DNA of 64,000 nt from the human T2T-CHM13v2.0 reference genome, Homo sapiens: NCBI RefSeq assembly GCF_009914755.1, contig NC_060933.1; one strand, written 5' to 3'. A program made the position numbers and the translations under genes. The notes beneath the pieces were generated by a model that was not told the origin of the DNA, made no database searches, and saw only the letters and a program-made list of their open reading frames with translations. This document shows, piece after piece, positions 14,901 through 29,089 of this stretch; position 1 is the first letter of the stretch, and every line of letters starts with the position of its first letter.

Positions 14901-17199
14901 TCAACCTCTTCCCACCTGTGTAACACTAAGATGGTCATATAACCTCCCTAGGCATACATGACCTTTCAATTTTTATGTGTCCCTTAAATTTGAGGATAAT
15001 AACTGGATCTACTTCATGAGGTAATAGAATGAAACAAGGTAATACCTTGCAAAGTACTTAGCACAGGACCTGGCACTTAGCAACTCTTCCGTAAACATTT
15101 CTAATCATTACCAGTGTTATTGCAACCATTGGGAGGTTTGAAAAACAGGATCTATAGGATGCACTGACATGTGTCCATGCCCCTCCCTGGGAAGCCTGCA
15201 ATCATCCATTGCCCTTCTCCAGATAAGTGTCAATGGCTCTAAGATGTAGCTCAAGTAGCACCTCCTTAAGACACCTTCTTCCCATCTCCAGCTTGGGATA
15301 CTTGTGTGCCCATCGGTGTCTCCACAGCATCTAGGACAATCCCATTATGAATCATTCACACTGAGTCATCATTTATTGACTTGGCATGTCCCACCACCAC
15401 TAAGCTGGAGAAGGCCGGAGATGGTGTTTTATCTGTCTCTCCACCCCAGTATCTGAGCATGCCACAGAGAGTATGGTATGCAAACGTTTGTTGACCATGG
15501 GAGGAAAAAAAAATGAAGGAGAAAAGGAAGGAAGAAAGGGAAGAAGCAGAACACTATATAAGAATAAAAGAGTGGTGTTATTAATGCATTTTAATTATCT
15601 ATCTTCCTTCTTCTAGCCAAGGGAGGCCAACCCCCCTAATATTCTACCTTTTCCTTACCTAGCCTTACCTGCCAAGACCCTATTCCAACCCTAAGGTTTT
15701 CTTTATACATATTAAAGCTGCAAACAGTGAGGAAAAGTCACAACATTCTCATAATCATAACTACCCTCACAGTTGACAAAATACTTTTAAATGAATCGGC
15801 CCACTAATACTCTTTGAAGGAGGGAGTATTAGCATGTTTTTAGATTTAAAAAAAAACGCTGAAGTTTAGGAGGGGAATTAATATACCCAAGGTCACAAAA
15901 CTAGAAAGCAGATGAACAGGTCTGGAATGCACATCTCCTGGGCCACAGATCAATCCACTTAATGTCTTTACCATACTACCTTCTTTCTCCTGTGGATTAC
16001 TCCACTGCCTCATTATACACTATTTGGCAAACCTTAAGCCAATAATTATGGAACAACTAACTCTATAGACTTGAAGTCAATCTCATCAAAGCTCCCACCC
16101 AGCATTCTCTCTTTCCGTTCTAAAAGTCAAAGTGGCCTTCTGTTCACAACAACAGAACGGAATTATTAATGAGAGAAAATTGAGTTTGCCTACTCCTTGC
16201 AACAACCCTCTGCCCCAGTTCCTGGGAACATATTTTTGGACTCAATCTGCTATCAAAACACAGAAATTAGTCTCCAATTTTGGACGTCAAACTCAGTTAT
16301 CTCTTTTGTTATGAAGGAAAATTAGTAATGATTCATTCTGGTTGGAAGCCAAGCTAACATCTTAGCACAGAGTGTCATTAAAAATCCCAGTCCCACTGGC
16401 TGCTGTGGTATCTTTAAAAGCTTGAACATGTTCAGCTGCTTAGAATGGTTTTTCTGGGTTTGTTCTCCCCCAAGCCACTTGTCATTTTAACCTGGGGATC
16501 AGTTACTATTTAAGGCAGAAAATGGCTTAAATTTTTTTTCTTCCATGGTTTTATGGATTTAGACATTCCTAATGAAGAGATTTGAAGAAAAAAAAAAAAG
16601 AATTCTACTCTAGGGGGTATCCACAGCTCCCAGCCATTGCCGAGCAAGTTGGCCATTAAGTACAAGAAAAAGAAGAAGTGAAAAAAAGTTTTCACAGTTT
16701 ATAATTATATTACCAATTTCATTACAGATCTCATTTTAATTCTGACTGAAGCCTAGCCTTGCCTTCTCCCTGTACTCTCTCACGTATAGTTATTAAGTCT
16801 GGGTTGGAGTTCAAGCTATTCTCCCTGATTTCAGCATATTAATATGGTTTATTGGTATTTCATTGCCACCTCCCCTATGGGGGTTCTGAATCTCAGCCCA
16901 ATTTATATTTCCCCTCTTTCTGGGCTCTGGGATGAAGCTTGTTTCATTTTGGTGTTGAGGAGGGGTGTGTGAATTTGATTGGAGTTTATTTTTGGGGATG
17001 GGAGCAACATCCTCGGGGAGTGAAGTCAATCATAGAAGAAGAGGCAGCCTCAGACCTCCTGCACTGTCATTCTTTTTGATGTATCTTCTTAGGGCTTCTG
17101 GGTCCACCGTCGGTCCTCCCTTACTTCGTTTTTTACAGACACAATTTCTTATATGCCTACTGAGTCAGAATCCCTGTTAGGCATCACAATAAGTTAGAA

Positions 17200-17900
17200 C
17201 ATGAATAAGCTGTGGTCCTTGCCCTTGAAAAAATTTAAGTCTAACCATTGAATTAACTTTACAAAAAAATTCAGTGAAAGCCTTTTAGCGGGCATCAAGT
17301 ATGTTTTGGATCCTGTCCAAGGTTCTGAACATAATGTGCAAAACAAATGTAATCTCTATCCTTATGGAACTTGAAACCTAGCAAGAGAGAACAACATTAA
17401 CTAGATAAATTTAAAATTATACATTGAAATAAATATAATACAGAAAAAAAGCAGGGCTCAAGGAGAATGATTCATAAGGGAGCTAACAGAGGCATTACCC
17501 TAGGGTAAATGAGAGAAACTAGAGATGTGGGAAGAAGTTTTCAGGCAAAGAAAACACCATGTGCAAAGGGCCTGAGGCAGGAGGCAACAGAGAAATTTAA
17601 GAGCCAATATATGGAGAGGTGGTGTGACGTAAGACTGGAAAGGCGGGCAGGGGCCTGACCTTGCAAGGATGCAAAGGCCACAATAAGAAGTTCAGTCTTC
17701 AAAACAAGTAAAAAAGAAGACAATAAACAGATTTATGGAAAGTATGACACGTATGTAATACATGTATGCGATGTTTTGATATTTTCATTGTAAAAGATGG
17801 CTCTGTTTGCATTGTTAATAAAAGATAGGAGAGAGCCTAGACTTAAAGCAGGAGGCCAGTTTTCAGGACTGTGGCAGTTGTCTCAATGACACATATGTAA
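17200..17900 (-). mobile_element. L2 fragment(s)
   Basis: tgtgcaaagggcctgaggcagga...ggcaggggcctgacc... typical antisense L2 segments. Confidence 0.55.
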
Positions 17901-19169
17901 CAGTAACAGTAACAGTAATAGGAGTTAGACTGAAGTCATTAGAAAGGCACAAATATAATTCTAGGTAATGTTCATGAGAGGTGATATTATTTGTCTCTAA
18001 GGATTCATTGAAGAAGGTTTTCTAGAGGAGGGAGCAAACTAAGTTATGCCTTAGAGATGGGTGAGACTGCCATATATGGAAATATATGATGGAGAGGAAT
18101 GTACAAGCAAAGGTATATAGAGAGGCAGATACCAGGTAGGACAGTCTATTTGTCTAAACAGCATCAAGGCTGTGCAAATGAGTTAACAAAGAAAAAGACA
18201 GAAGCCATATTGTACAGAACTTCCACCCATAAGCATGTTCCACAGTATTCAAAGATCTGCAGTCAACATGGAGCATTTTAAAACAAAGCCTGGGATGATT
18301 TCATAGAGCAGGATGTCCAAGGAACTACTCGTTTTAAATAAAGTGCTTGGCAGTTTGTGGCTAAGGATCCACTTACAATGTGGTGTCATTTTCCCTTCTA
18401 AGAATTGAAAATACTCCTTCCATGTATTCAAATCACTGCAAACTAGTTCTGAAGCCAATTATGGACCTCTTTCCTCTCTAACAGCACAAAGTCATGCATT
18501 AGCTCACTCTTCTGGGATGGAGGACATCAAGTAGGGATGAGAGCAAATAAATGTAGGCAAGTGTTATTATTCACAATTTTATGCTCAAAACCAGCTACAT
18601 GTGTGGCATATTAGTGAACCATGCCATCCCAATGTGTGGGCATTTATACTTGATGATTTCATGGGCTAAGAAGCCATACTCAGATCCCAAATATCTCAGT
18701 CATAGGGAACAGAGAAGACTTGGATATCAACTTAGTTCAACCTAAAAGATGATGTTAACCATTTAAAATAACCTGAATAAAAAGACATTTTAGCATAGGT
18801 ATTTTGATGCAACAATCATATCAATATATAAAATTGTGTGTGTCTGTGAGTTTAGCTAAGTAACATATTCAAGAGACACAGACATCCCTTGTTTTCACCC
18901 ATTTCTGAGCCTACGCAAAGAATTGGTGACACTCTGTGTGAAGTACTAAGGAATAAAGAAACATATTCTAAAAGTCCTAAAAAATTAAGTGGTTTTAAAA
19001 TTTACAGTTTGATAATATGGCTCCAAAACAAAATATCATGATTCAAACCAAACGCTTCTCTTCCCCTCTCTTCTACAGCTTTGTAAAAATGTGGTCATCT
19101 ATTCTCAGGAGATTTTCTATGATGGGGAACTCATTACCCTGCAATGACCCCCTTCCAATATTAAGAAAA

Positions 19170-19400
19170 TATTATTACTACTTCTAACATTTATATAATT
19201 TATTGAACCATTACTAGGTCTTAGGTATTGAGCTAAAAGCTTTACGAGCATTATTTCACTTATTCTTAGCAATAACTTTATAAGTACTGCTATTATCCCT
19301 AATTTATAGATAATGTAACTGAAGCTTAAAATGTTTAAGTAACTAGCACAAGTCACACAGTCAACAGTAGAGGAAGACGTTTCCAAACCAAGGCTTCATC
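19170..19400 (-). mobile_element. MIR
   Basis: tattatccctaatttatagataatgtaactgaagctt...ttaagtaactagcacaagtcacacag. Confidence 0.65.
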
Positions 19401-20876
19401 TTCTCCCATCCCTGACCATACTCATTACCCATATATCTGTCTAGTTTTGCTTCCTTAGGACTTCCAGAACTAGCCTGCTCTCTTCAAAATAAATAATAAT
19501 TATCCTGGTCTCCTCTCTGGAAGCTTAGAGCATAGAAGAACCTTAGACTGGGGGCTCAGGTAGGCTTAAGTTTTCATACCACGTCATCTATGTGTTAATC
19601 TCGTAAAACCACCTAGCATCCCTGAGCCCCACTTTTCACGTACGCAAAATGAGGATACTAAATCCAGACTCTCAATTTTGCTATGAGAACTGAAGGAAGA
19701 ACCCTGTGTAAAGTGCTTTGTGTGCTACTCAATAGATAACAGACATGCTCAATAATAGTAGGTTCCCTTCCTGTCTAGGTTCCTTCAACGCTTGTTATTG
19801 AATGAATGTCTTCCATCCTTTCCTTAAGAGGTCATTAGGTATCTACAGTGCTTTTTCAATCTTGTGGCTGCCAAATCCTCTCACTTGAATAACTTCCAAT
19901 GTATAACAAGTCTTGGAACAAAACAGGGAATTCTAGGTGGACTGTTACCTGCCTACACTGGAGTGGAACCATCTCACCTACTTCACCTAGATAGCTTGTT
20001 CCTTTAAAAGCAGACTCTTCTATTGGCTGACCACATTGGGTGAATATATGCCCACTTACATTGGGAACCTCAGTAGATGCATAAACTAGCATCTCAGCTA
20101 AGATAGGTGTTTAATATTAACCAATAACTATTTCTCAATGAGGCTAACTGCATGGCAATTTTGATGAGGTCCAAACCTGTGTGATCAGGGTTAGTATGTT
20201 ATAAACCTTAAGAATAGACCACTCACATTATATCCAATGCTAATGATAGTTACTGGAGTTATGCTATGAGGCAGCTCCATTAGTAGGGCATTGATAAAGT
20301 CAAAGGTGGAGGAAACCAAAGACCCTTATTAAAGATGCTTATAATGATTCCAAGGAGTCTGAAGAAGTGATCACATATGTTAGATGGAAAAAAAGTAACA
20401 CTTAAAGAATTATTGACACAGCTCTCGAAGCCTTGATAAGTGACCACCTAGAGAGTTCTTGTAAAGAATATTAATATGTGGGCTCTACCCTCAGAGAATC
20501 TGACTCACTGGTTCTGGGAATTATCTCCCCAGATAACCTAAATGCAGACGATTTGTAGTTCACAGCTGGATAAACAACACTAGCTTAAGTCTGTTTAGAT
20601 GCAAACATGTTCCATTTCTTCAGTGTGTGCTTAGGAGGGCAAAAAGCCACTGATGGCTTTGAAGAAGCCCAGATAAAAGAAGGGGTGAGATTTGCCAAGG
20701 GTTTGGATAGGAACTGTGTCAGAACTCTTGCCAGCTGGGCTCTGGACAAGTGCTATGTCATAATGACCTTTTCTTTATAATCGACAGTAAACATTGAGTA
20801 TAACTATGCAGTAACACAAGGGCAGAATTCATTTTCTCCTGGAAGACAGGACCCATTACTCAGCCCCATCCAATGA

Positions 20877-20897
20877 TCCAGCACCACGGACAGCTCA
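20877..20897 (+). promoter_or_regulatory. RE1/NRSE (REST binding motif)
   Basis: TCCAGCACCACGGACAGCTCA vs consensus TTCAGCACCACGGACAGCGCC, 18/21; both cores and the 2-nt spacer are intact. Confidence 0.8.
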
Positions 20898-22189
20898 ATG
20901 TGTAATGGTAGCTGAGAGCTCTCTCTACTAAGAAGGGCCAGCACCTGGGCAGCTTGGAACTCATGGGGGTGACTGAAAAAGGATGAAAGCTGCTCTGGCT
21001 TTGGTCCCTGGGAGACCTGGTCTCAAATGGAGCTTCTTGCACTTGACATGAGCTGCCCTCATCCTGACAGACCTCATTGAGACTTTGTTTTTCTTGTTTT
21101 TTAAAACTTTGCCAGTCTTAAGGGGCCAGTATTATGATGTGGGTGAATACATATATGTAAAATATCATAGAATTGTGCACTTTCCATCTGTGTTTGTCAC
21201 CACATTTATGTTAGGTTGTAACACATTTATAAATATCAATGCTAAGGGATGACATGGGTTCAAGAAAATAGGCACTATTATCGCTTTCCCTCTCATCCCC
21301 CTATGTAATACCCTCATATCTCCAGAAATCAGAGCTGGAAACTCCAGTAGTACAATTTATAAAATCAATTTTCTAGATCCTTCTCTACTCCTACAGAAGA
21401 TTTGATTCTACTCCCCTTCATATCCCAGTTTCTGTATCTGCCAAAGGTGGATAATAAAGACCACTTTGGAGAGCTGTTGGAGGAATGAGATGAGCAGCAC
21501 TGATAGAGTTTCTGCCAAAGGAGGCATTGGGATCATGCTGGGGAAGGTGAGCTTGATTGGGATTACCAGACAGCCATCCACCTGGCTTCAAATGCTGGAT
21601 GCTCCCAGGATTCCTGCCAAGCCCCAGAGATGGAGGAGTTTCAAGTGTTAACGTCTTCAAGTGGGAAAGTCACTTTTGGCTGGAACAGAGCATATAATGT
21701 ATTCCCTTTTCCATTCACCTCACTGAGAGTAGCTAAATTCACCTATTTAGTTTTCTATATTTTCTTGCCTTGCCATATTCCAGCTTCTGAAGTCTCTTTC
21801 TCTACAAACTGTTTTAATAATAAGAGTAATAACAGCTACCATTTGTTGGGCTATCACAATGTTTTAGACACTCTACTAGGCACTTTATACACATTATAAC
21901 GTTCAATCATCCCATAATAATCCTTATTTTACAGATAGGTGAGAAAAATGAGACTCAGATAGCTAACTTGACTCTTCTATGTTTCACAGTAACTAAGCAA
22001 CAAAATTGAGATCCAAACCAAAACTTACTTCATTTGAAAGGACACATTCCTACCAAGATATTATGGCATGTAAGGGATGGAGATTCCATTATGCCTGGAG
22101 ACTAAGATACTGTGGACAAGGTCTTCCCAATGCTGTCTTCTAAGCTTGCTCCATCGCATCTCCAGGATGTGTATACTCCGTAGTTATTT

Positions 22190-22730
22190 CTCTTTTTCTT
22201 TTGTATTAATTATATTTTCTTATTTTCTGGATGCTTGATGCTCTGGCATCTGAGCCTCCTGACTGGGGAGAACCCTCCCCTCCAAGGATAGTCATATCTT
22301 ACAGAAAGCAAAAGACTTGTCCAGGGAGCATCCCTTTCATATGAAAATTAACCAATCCAGAACCTACACTCCAATCATCTCCTCTATATGGCTTATACAC
22401 ATTGGGAAGGAATATTCTCTCCCTTCATCCCCCTAGGGCCAGATACCAGGCAATCAGGAGCAGTTCTGAAACCCCAGAGCCTGCTAAAGTTATTCAAATT
22501 GGCCAATCTCAAATCTGTCTATCCTGCTTACACTGCCTCACCCATTTCTTCCTGCAATAACCATAATACAGGCTCTTTCCCCTGCTTTCCACTTGGTCCC
22601 TCTGCCTGCTGATAGATACGGGTGCTTTCCCACATGGTCTGCATGGTGTGCTGTGCATTGTGTATCTGAGATCTGTTAGTATGAAAACTGCTTGTTTCAC
22701 AACAGTCCTTTCGGCATCTGCAGACAAATC
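22190..22730 (+). mobile_element. MER74-like ERVL LTR
   Basis: ccaatccagaacc...ccccagagcctgctaaagttattcaaattggccaatc...ccctctgcctgctga...ggtgctttccc resembles the recalled MER74/MER54 family. Confidence 0.6.
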
Positions 22731-25027
22731 CTGGGTACATTTTAAAACTTCACAGGTATATTTTAAAACATCTTGATTTCTATGCATCATCTGCCTTAGT
22801 TTTCCTTGATTCAGTATCTGTTGTGTGCTTAGAGATCTACCAGAAGGATTCTATAGAACAATGAACAACTCAGCTTTAATTCAGGCAACATTCATCCACT
22901 GGACACATATTTGCTGAATATCCATTATGGACAAGGCACTGTGCTTATCAATGGGAATATAATATTTCTCCCCAAAGACATAATTCCTGCCCTCACAGAG
23001 ATTCCAGTCTAGAGGCAGAAACAGACAATTCCACAGGCTGCTATAAAATTTTAAGTTTATGACATTGGGCACACCGAGAAAGGGCACCTTTTAATTCACC
23101 ACATTTTGGTCTATCCTTCCAAATCATCAAGACGGTTTGCCGCTGTCTCGGGTAATCCCTTGATTTTGCTATTTCCCAGCTGTTCACCATTTCTCAGCCA
23201 CATGCTGTCTGAAAATCTGATGACCATGATAAAAAAGTAGGTGTTGTAGTCTTCAGAATACTCCTATGAGGTAGGTACTACTATTATCCACATTTTATAG
23301 ATGGAGAGACAGAGGCTCAGAGAGGGGAATTCACTTGGCTATCGAAGAGGCAGACAAAGGAGCAAGTATTTAGATTAATGTTTGTAGTATTCCAAAGCCT
23401 GTGCTCTTAGCCATTAAACTGTTTCATCTTGAGCAAGTTATTTTCTCAGGGATTCCATTTCTACATGTATGAAAATAAATATGTAAAACTTGAAAGCCTT
23501 TAAGGCTTAACATTCTACAATTAATGTGTAGTGACAGCTGAGAGATGAAGGGTGGGGACATGCATTCTGTAGAATTTAATACTTGCTCTGTTGTTTTTTT
23601 CCACCTCAGTGTTCATCACTCCTACTCCTCCATTGCCATTTTCTGGCCACTTCCAGGTTCTGACAATTCTTCTAGCTGCGTAATCCATCAAACTATTTGC
23701 TTCTGTAAATTTTGTTCCTTCTGATTTCCTACAGCTTTCCCTGCCATCTCCCCCACCACACATTTACTTGTCTTATGTGCACATATGACTCACTAAAGAT
23801 GAGCCAAAGTCTTGTACATAGGTCTGAAAATCAACTGAATGTAAATGAAATAAGAGATATAAGTTCTGAATGTATATGAACTGATTTGCAGTCCAAGTGA
23901 AAAACAAGTAGGGGCTTCTGCACTACGGTGAAGTGGGAACAATCAGGATGCATTAATAGAAGTTTGAGTGTTTCAGAGAATGGTGGTAAAATTCCACTTT
24001 GCTCTGGTCAAAATATACTGAAGGGATGGTGCTAAGTTCTGAATACCGAAACTTAACGGAAATAAAATCAAATTTCACTGAAGAAAGACTGGCAAATAGA
24101 GGGTAAGGATCTCAAAAACGTTCTATACATATCAAAATGCAAAATTTTTTTAAAGAATTAATGGTACTAATATGGTGCTACAAGTCAGAAAGTTTATTGC
24201 GTCTACAGAGCACTAACTGGAAGGAGGCACAAGGAAACCATATGAGGTGCTGGAAATATTCTATGATTTTATCTGTGTAGATTCATATGGAATCTTGTTA
24301 CATGTCCTTATCACAAAAAAATTATAGTGAGAAGACACTTTTAGAGGTGATGGCTACGTTTATGGCATTCCTTATGGTGATGATTTCATGGGTATTTACT
24401 TATCTTCAAACTCATCGAGACATATATATTTTAAAAAGTGTAAAATGTATACAATTTTTAAAGGGTAAAAAGTTCTAAAACTAAAAATTTATTAAGTTGC
24501 ACAGTTAAGGTATGCCTTCTTTATTATAATTATGCCAAACTTCAATACAGCTAAAGACGGTGATGGCATGTGAGAAGTGTTTGAGAAACAGACGCCAACA
24601 TATCCTGGAATGTGTAAACTGGGACAACTTTTCTGGAGGGCACTTTAGCAATAGATAGTAACCACCTTCATCAGGGTCTTGGACCATGCTTTGCTAATGA
24701 CTATGGTGGCAACAGTGTCTCATTAATTCAATTTAATTGGGTGAAAAGTAAATGCTAGAATATAAGACACTTGTATATTTACAGGGAATGAGCATATGAA
24801 TATTATCCAAGACATTCAGGAAATTCCAATAAAACTCATACAGTCTTCCTTGTCATATGATTCTAATTAGCAAATACTCTTTGGGGGGCATTTTTATTTT
24901 GAAATGGATCCACAGTCATAAATGTCAGTAGGTTCTCTGAAGTAGCTCAATCTTTCTGTATTCACATTTGAATTCTTCCTTTATTTTTAAAACTTTATCG
25001 TTGCTCATAAGTTAAAAGTAGTCTTTA

Positions 25028-25446
25028 CTGGATAAAGAAAATGTGGTACACACACACCATGGAATACTATGAAGCCATAAAAAGGAATGAGTTCATGTCC
25101 TTTGTAGGGACATGGATAAAACTGGAAACCATCATCCTCAACAAACTAACACAGGAACAGAAAACCAAACACCACATGTTCTCACTCATAAGTGGGAGCT
25201 GAACAATGAGAACACATGGACACAGGGAGGGGAACATCACACATTGGGGCCTGTTGGGGGTTGGGGAGAAAGGGGATGGAGAGCAGTAGCACAAATACCT
25301 GAAGCATGCGGGGCTTAAAAGCTAGATGATGGGTTGATAGGTGCAGCAAACCACCATGGCACATGTATACCTATGCAACAAACCTGCATGTTCAGCACAT
25401 GTATCCCCAAACTTAGAGTAAAAGGAAAAAAAAATTAAAAAAAATA
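25028..25446 (+). mobile_element. 5'-truncated L1PA (L1PA8-10-like) 3' end with poly(A)
   Basis: ctggataaagaaaatgtgg...gcggggcttaaaagctagatgatgggttgataggtgcagc; TSD AAAAG(T/C)AGTCTTTA at ~25015 and ~25447. Confidence 0.9.
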
Positions 25447-25646
25447 AAAGCAGTCTTTAATTTAATTCAAATAATCCAGACTACAAAGGATAAGATCCTC
25501 TTCCAAGGTCTTTAGATGCTCCTTTTTTTCCTCCTGTAATATATGTAATAGTAATTCTAAGGTTTGGCCATACACAGAAACCTTTGACCAGTCAGGGGTG
25601 CAAGGTGCTGAGTGGGTGTGGAGCATCTGCAATGCTCGGCTCTTAC

Positions 25647-25793
25647 CATCTGCTATGAAGTGCTCGGGCACATGCAGAGTCACCTTCACAGTGAGTGGAC
25701 AAGACATCTGGCTGCCACACACCATGGCCAGGATGCAGGAACTCACAGCAATCAGTGTCAGGGCTGTCTTGTTCACTGGGCTTTTCAGCAAAC
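25647..25793 (-). CDS. ASTN2: Internal coding exon of astrotactin-2, containing a hydrophobic segment taken to be the second transmembrane helix; from memory exon 6 of the long isoform
   Basis: Translation (G)[48 protein letters not shown](G) matches my recollection of ASTN2 and differs from the ASTN1 paralogue. On the - strand the acceptor is ...tgttcttgttaccag|GT and the donor is GATG|gtaaga. Length 147 nt = 2+48x3+1 (phase 1-1). Lies within ORF 25462..25821. Confidence 0.95.
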
Positions 25794-26283
25794 CTGGTAA
25801 CAAGAACATACACAAAGACACAAAATTCCATGAGGTGAGGAAATGGGATTGGCATCAAGTTTGGGAATTCTATTATTTTCCAGTTGGGAATCTGAAAAAA
25901 GAAAAGAAAAGAAAAAAGACATGTTTTCTAACCTTTGTGCCTGCTATGACACCTCAGTGGGCCTTCTTTGGGCCTTGATTTAACACTCCACAAAATGGGC
26001 TTCTTATGATTCCTTTGGGTAAGCATAAAAGAAACAGGCTTTCTGAAACTCATGGCAATTTTCACTCCTCCCTTCCCAATTCGGTTGGTCATTCTTGATA
26101 ACAATTAGATGATATTAAGCCCTCCATTCTCCTTAGAGGCAAGTGAGAAGATACCATGCTGTTAAATTCAGTAGAGTCTAGTGAAATAAGCATGGGCTTT
26201 GGAGTTAGATCATTCTGGATTCAAATTTGGGCTTTGGCCCTCGTTGGCTGTGTGATCTCCATTTTCCAAACCTCAGTTTCTTT

Positions 26284-26578
26284 CTTTCTTTTTCTTTTTT
26301 GTTTGAGGCGGAGTCTCGCTTTGTCGCCCAGGCTAGAGTGCAGTGGCACAATCTCGGCTCACTGTAACCTCCGCCACACGGGTTCAAGTGATTCTCCCAC
26401 TTCAGCCTCCTGAGTAGCTGGGATTACAGGCACCCACCACCAAGCCCAGCTAATTTTTGTATTTTTAGTAGAGACGGGTTTTCACCATGTTGGCCAGGCT
26501 GGTCTGGAACTCCTGACCACAGGTGATCCACCCGCCTCAGCCTCCCAAAGTGCTGGGATTACAGGCATAAGCCACCAC
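26284..26578 (-). mobile_element. AluS inserted into a MIR
   Basis: Alu dimer; TSD TCAGTTTCTTT at 26273-26283 and 26580-26590 lies within the MIR core (~26180-26690). Confidence 0.92.
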
Positions 26579-27099
26579 TTCAGTTTCTTTATATATAACA
26601 CGAAGATAATAAATATCTCACAGGGTTCTTGTGACAATTACACAGCATGATTTGTATATCATGCCTGTCATTTAGAAGAGTTTCACGGTTAGAAGCTGAT
26701 CAGTTCAAATGAATTTCACAAGCGTTTACTGAGCAGCTACTATGTGAGACACATACAGAGCAGAAGAATAATCTTTCCTCTTCAGGATTTTATAGGCTAG
26801 GGGGAAAAGTCAAGCTTATCCATAGCTAATTAGATTCTAACACAAATTGTGTTACGACCTAGAAGAGAGGGCAGAGAGTACGGGGGGTGGTTTTGCCTCT
26901 GAAAATTAAAGACAATTTTATGGATATAATACGAAAAGTAGATTGGATCTGCACAGCTAGACGACACTGGGCCAACAAAGAAATTCTATGGAGGCTGTCT
27001 TGAGTCCCCGTTTGTTTCTCATTCTTTAGGCTTTGTTCTTCAAGGTTTTGCTTACCAGTTTTAGAGCAATGCCTCCACAATTTTTTTTTTTACTGCTAG

Positions 27100-27910
27100 G
27101 CTCTTCTTTTAAGCAAACCTTGTCTCTCATCTCCTGGATATCTTTCTGTGGCTATCCAATTAGAATGTCAAATATATTAATAACACGTTCAAAACAGGGT
27201 ACATTATCTTCTCCTTAAAGCCTCCCCCTCCTGAGATCCTCAGCTTATTGAAAGCACTGCCATTTAGACTGGCCAGAAACTGAGATGTCACCTTTGAGTT
27301 TCTGTCTTCCTCCTTTACAGCATCTGAAGAGTTGTGTAGTGCTATTTATTCTATGTCCTCAGCATTTTCACCTCTTCCCTTCATCTCTTCTATTGTATGT
27401 TTGCTTGTGGGATAAGGGAGGTGCACGCATATCTGTTCACTGCACTCCCTGCTGAAACCTCTCAAGCTGTTTTACAGCATCTGGTTGCAGGATGTGATCC
27501 ATATTCATTAGACTGGCATCCAAGGCCTTTCATGAAGACTCCCAACACTCATACCTCCTGTGCTCTGGCCTAAAGACTAGCAGGGCTGAATTACTGCAGT
27601 GCTCCTACCATTAACACTCTTCATCATGTTAACATTAGTGCAGGTGTTTTTCCTTTTGGATAGAAATCCACTTGTTTCCTTGTCACCCCATCACTCTTTG
27701 AGACTCACCATATATAAAGATTTCATATGCTCTTGGTAGATAAACTACCCATATTCATTGTGTTTCCCCTCATACCTTATTCCAAACACTAGAGTCTAGT
27801 AAATAGACAGCCAACTCCTTGAAGGCAAGCAGCGTCTTTTGCTTACCATTATGTCCCAGTAAATAGCACAGTGACTGGCTCATTGCAGAATCTCAGTAAG
27901 TGCATGATGA
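27100..27910 (+). mobile_element. L2 fragment
   Basis: tctcctggata...ccagaaactgagatgtcacctttgag...caaggcctttcatga...ctccttgaaggcaag...tagcacagtgactggc. Confidence 0.6.
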
Positions 27911-28651
27911 CTCCCATAAATGACAGTAACAATATTAAAAACCAACATAACATAGATGCTGACCAACCAAAAAGCATGCTAGCCAACATCCAACACTGGC
28001 CATACAACAGAACATCGGCTATTATTCTGTTGTAACATTGGATTACAACAGAACAAGAACCGTTACAACAGCCCGTTGGGGTATTGCCTGTATGGAAATC
28101 TATTTTTCTTAATAAACAGTGACCTGCTTGAAGGAGAAGATCCCACCTTCATCATCTTTGTGTTTCTTATGCCAAAATCACCACCTGGAACCCAGAAGTT
28201 ACTTAATTTAAGAACAAGACCCTTGTCTTTTTTCTCAGTCCTAGGACAATGCATGGCTTATGGTAGGAACTATACATGAGATTGTGGTTATTGTAGTTTT
28301 AGAATAAATGTTAAATAGAAGAGTAAATTAAATTACATAAAAAGGTGATTCCAGTGTCCAAAGATGGGGAATCTCTAAAACCTAAAATAACTACAGAGAA
28401 AAATGAACATGATTATCTCTTATTCGAGTGCTGCAAGAAGCTGTTTCATACATATTTATAATATTTATAAATATAAATAGATAAAATATGTATAGTATAA
28501 ATCTTTTAGCAACTAAATAGCATAAACAATCTAACATCAACGTTATCTACTAAAAAGAATATGGACCAGGGGTTGGCACCTTGCATTGACCTCACCTTAA
28601 AACGTCAACCTATTACCCCACCCTAATCATTTAGCAAAACCCCTACAATAA

Positions 28652-29089
<438 letters not shown>

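Noticed and set aside
25462-25821. 119-aa ORF as a stand-alone gene
   Set aside because: Only 25647-25793 is ASTN2-like and it is bounded by canonical splice sites; the rest is intron read-through.
25598-25978. 126-aa + strand ORF overlapping the exon
   Set aside because: Antisense shadow of the ASTN2 coding exon with no independent support.
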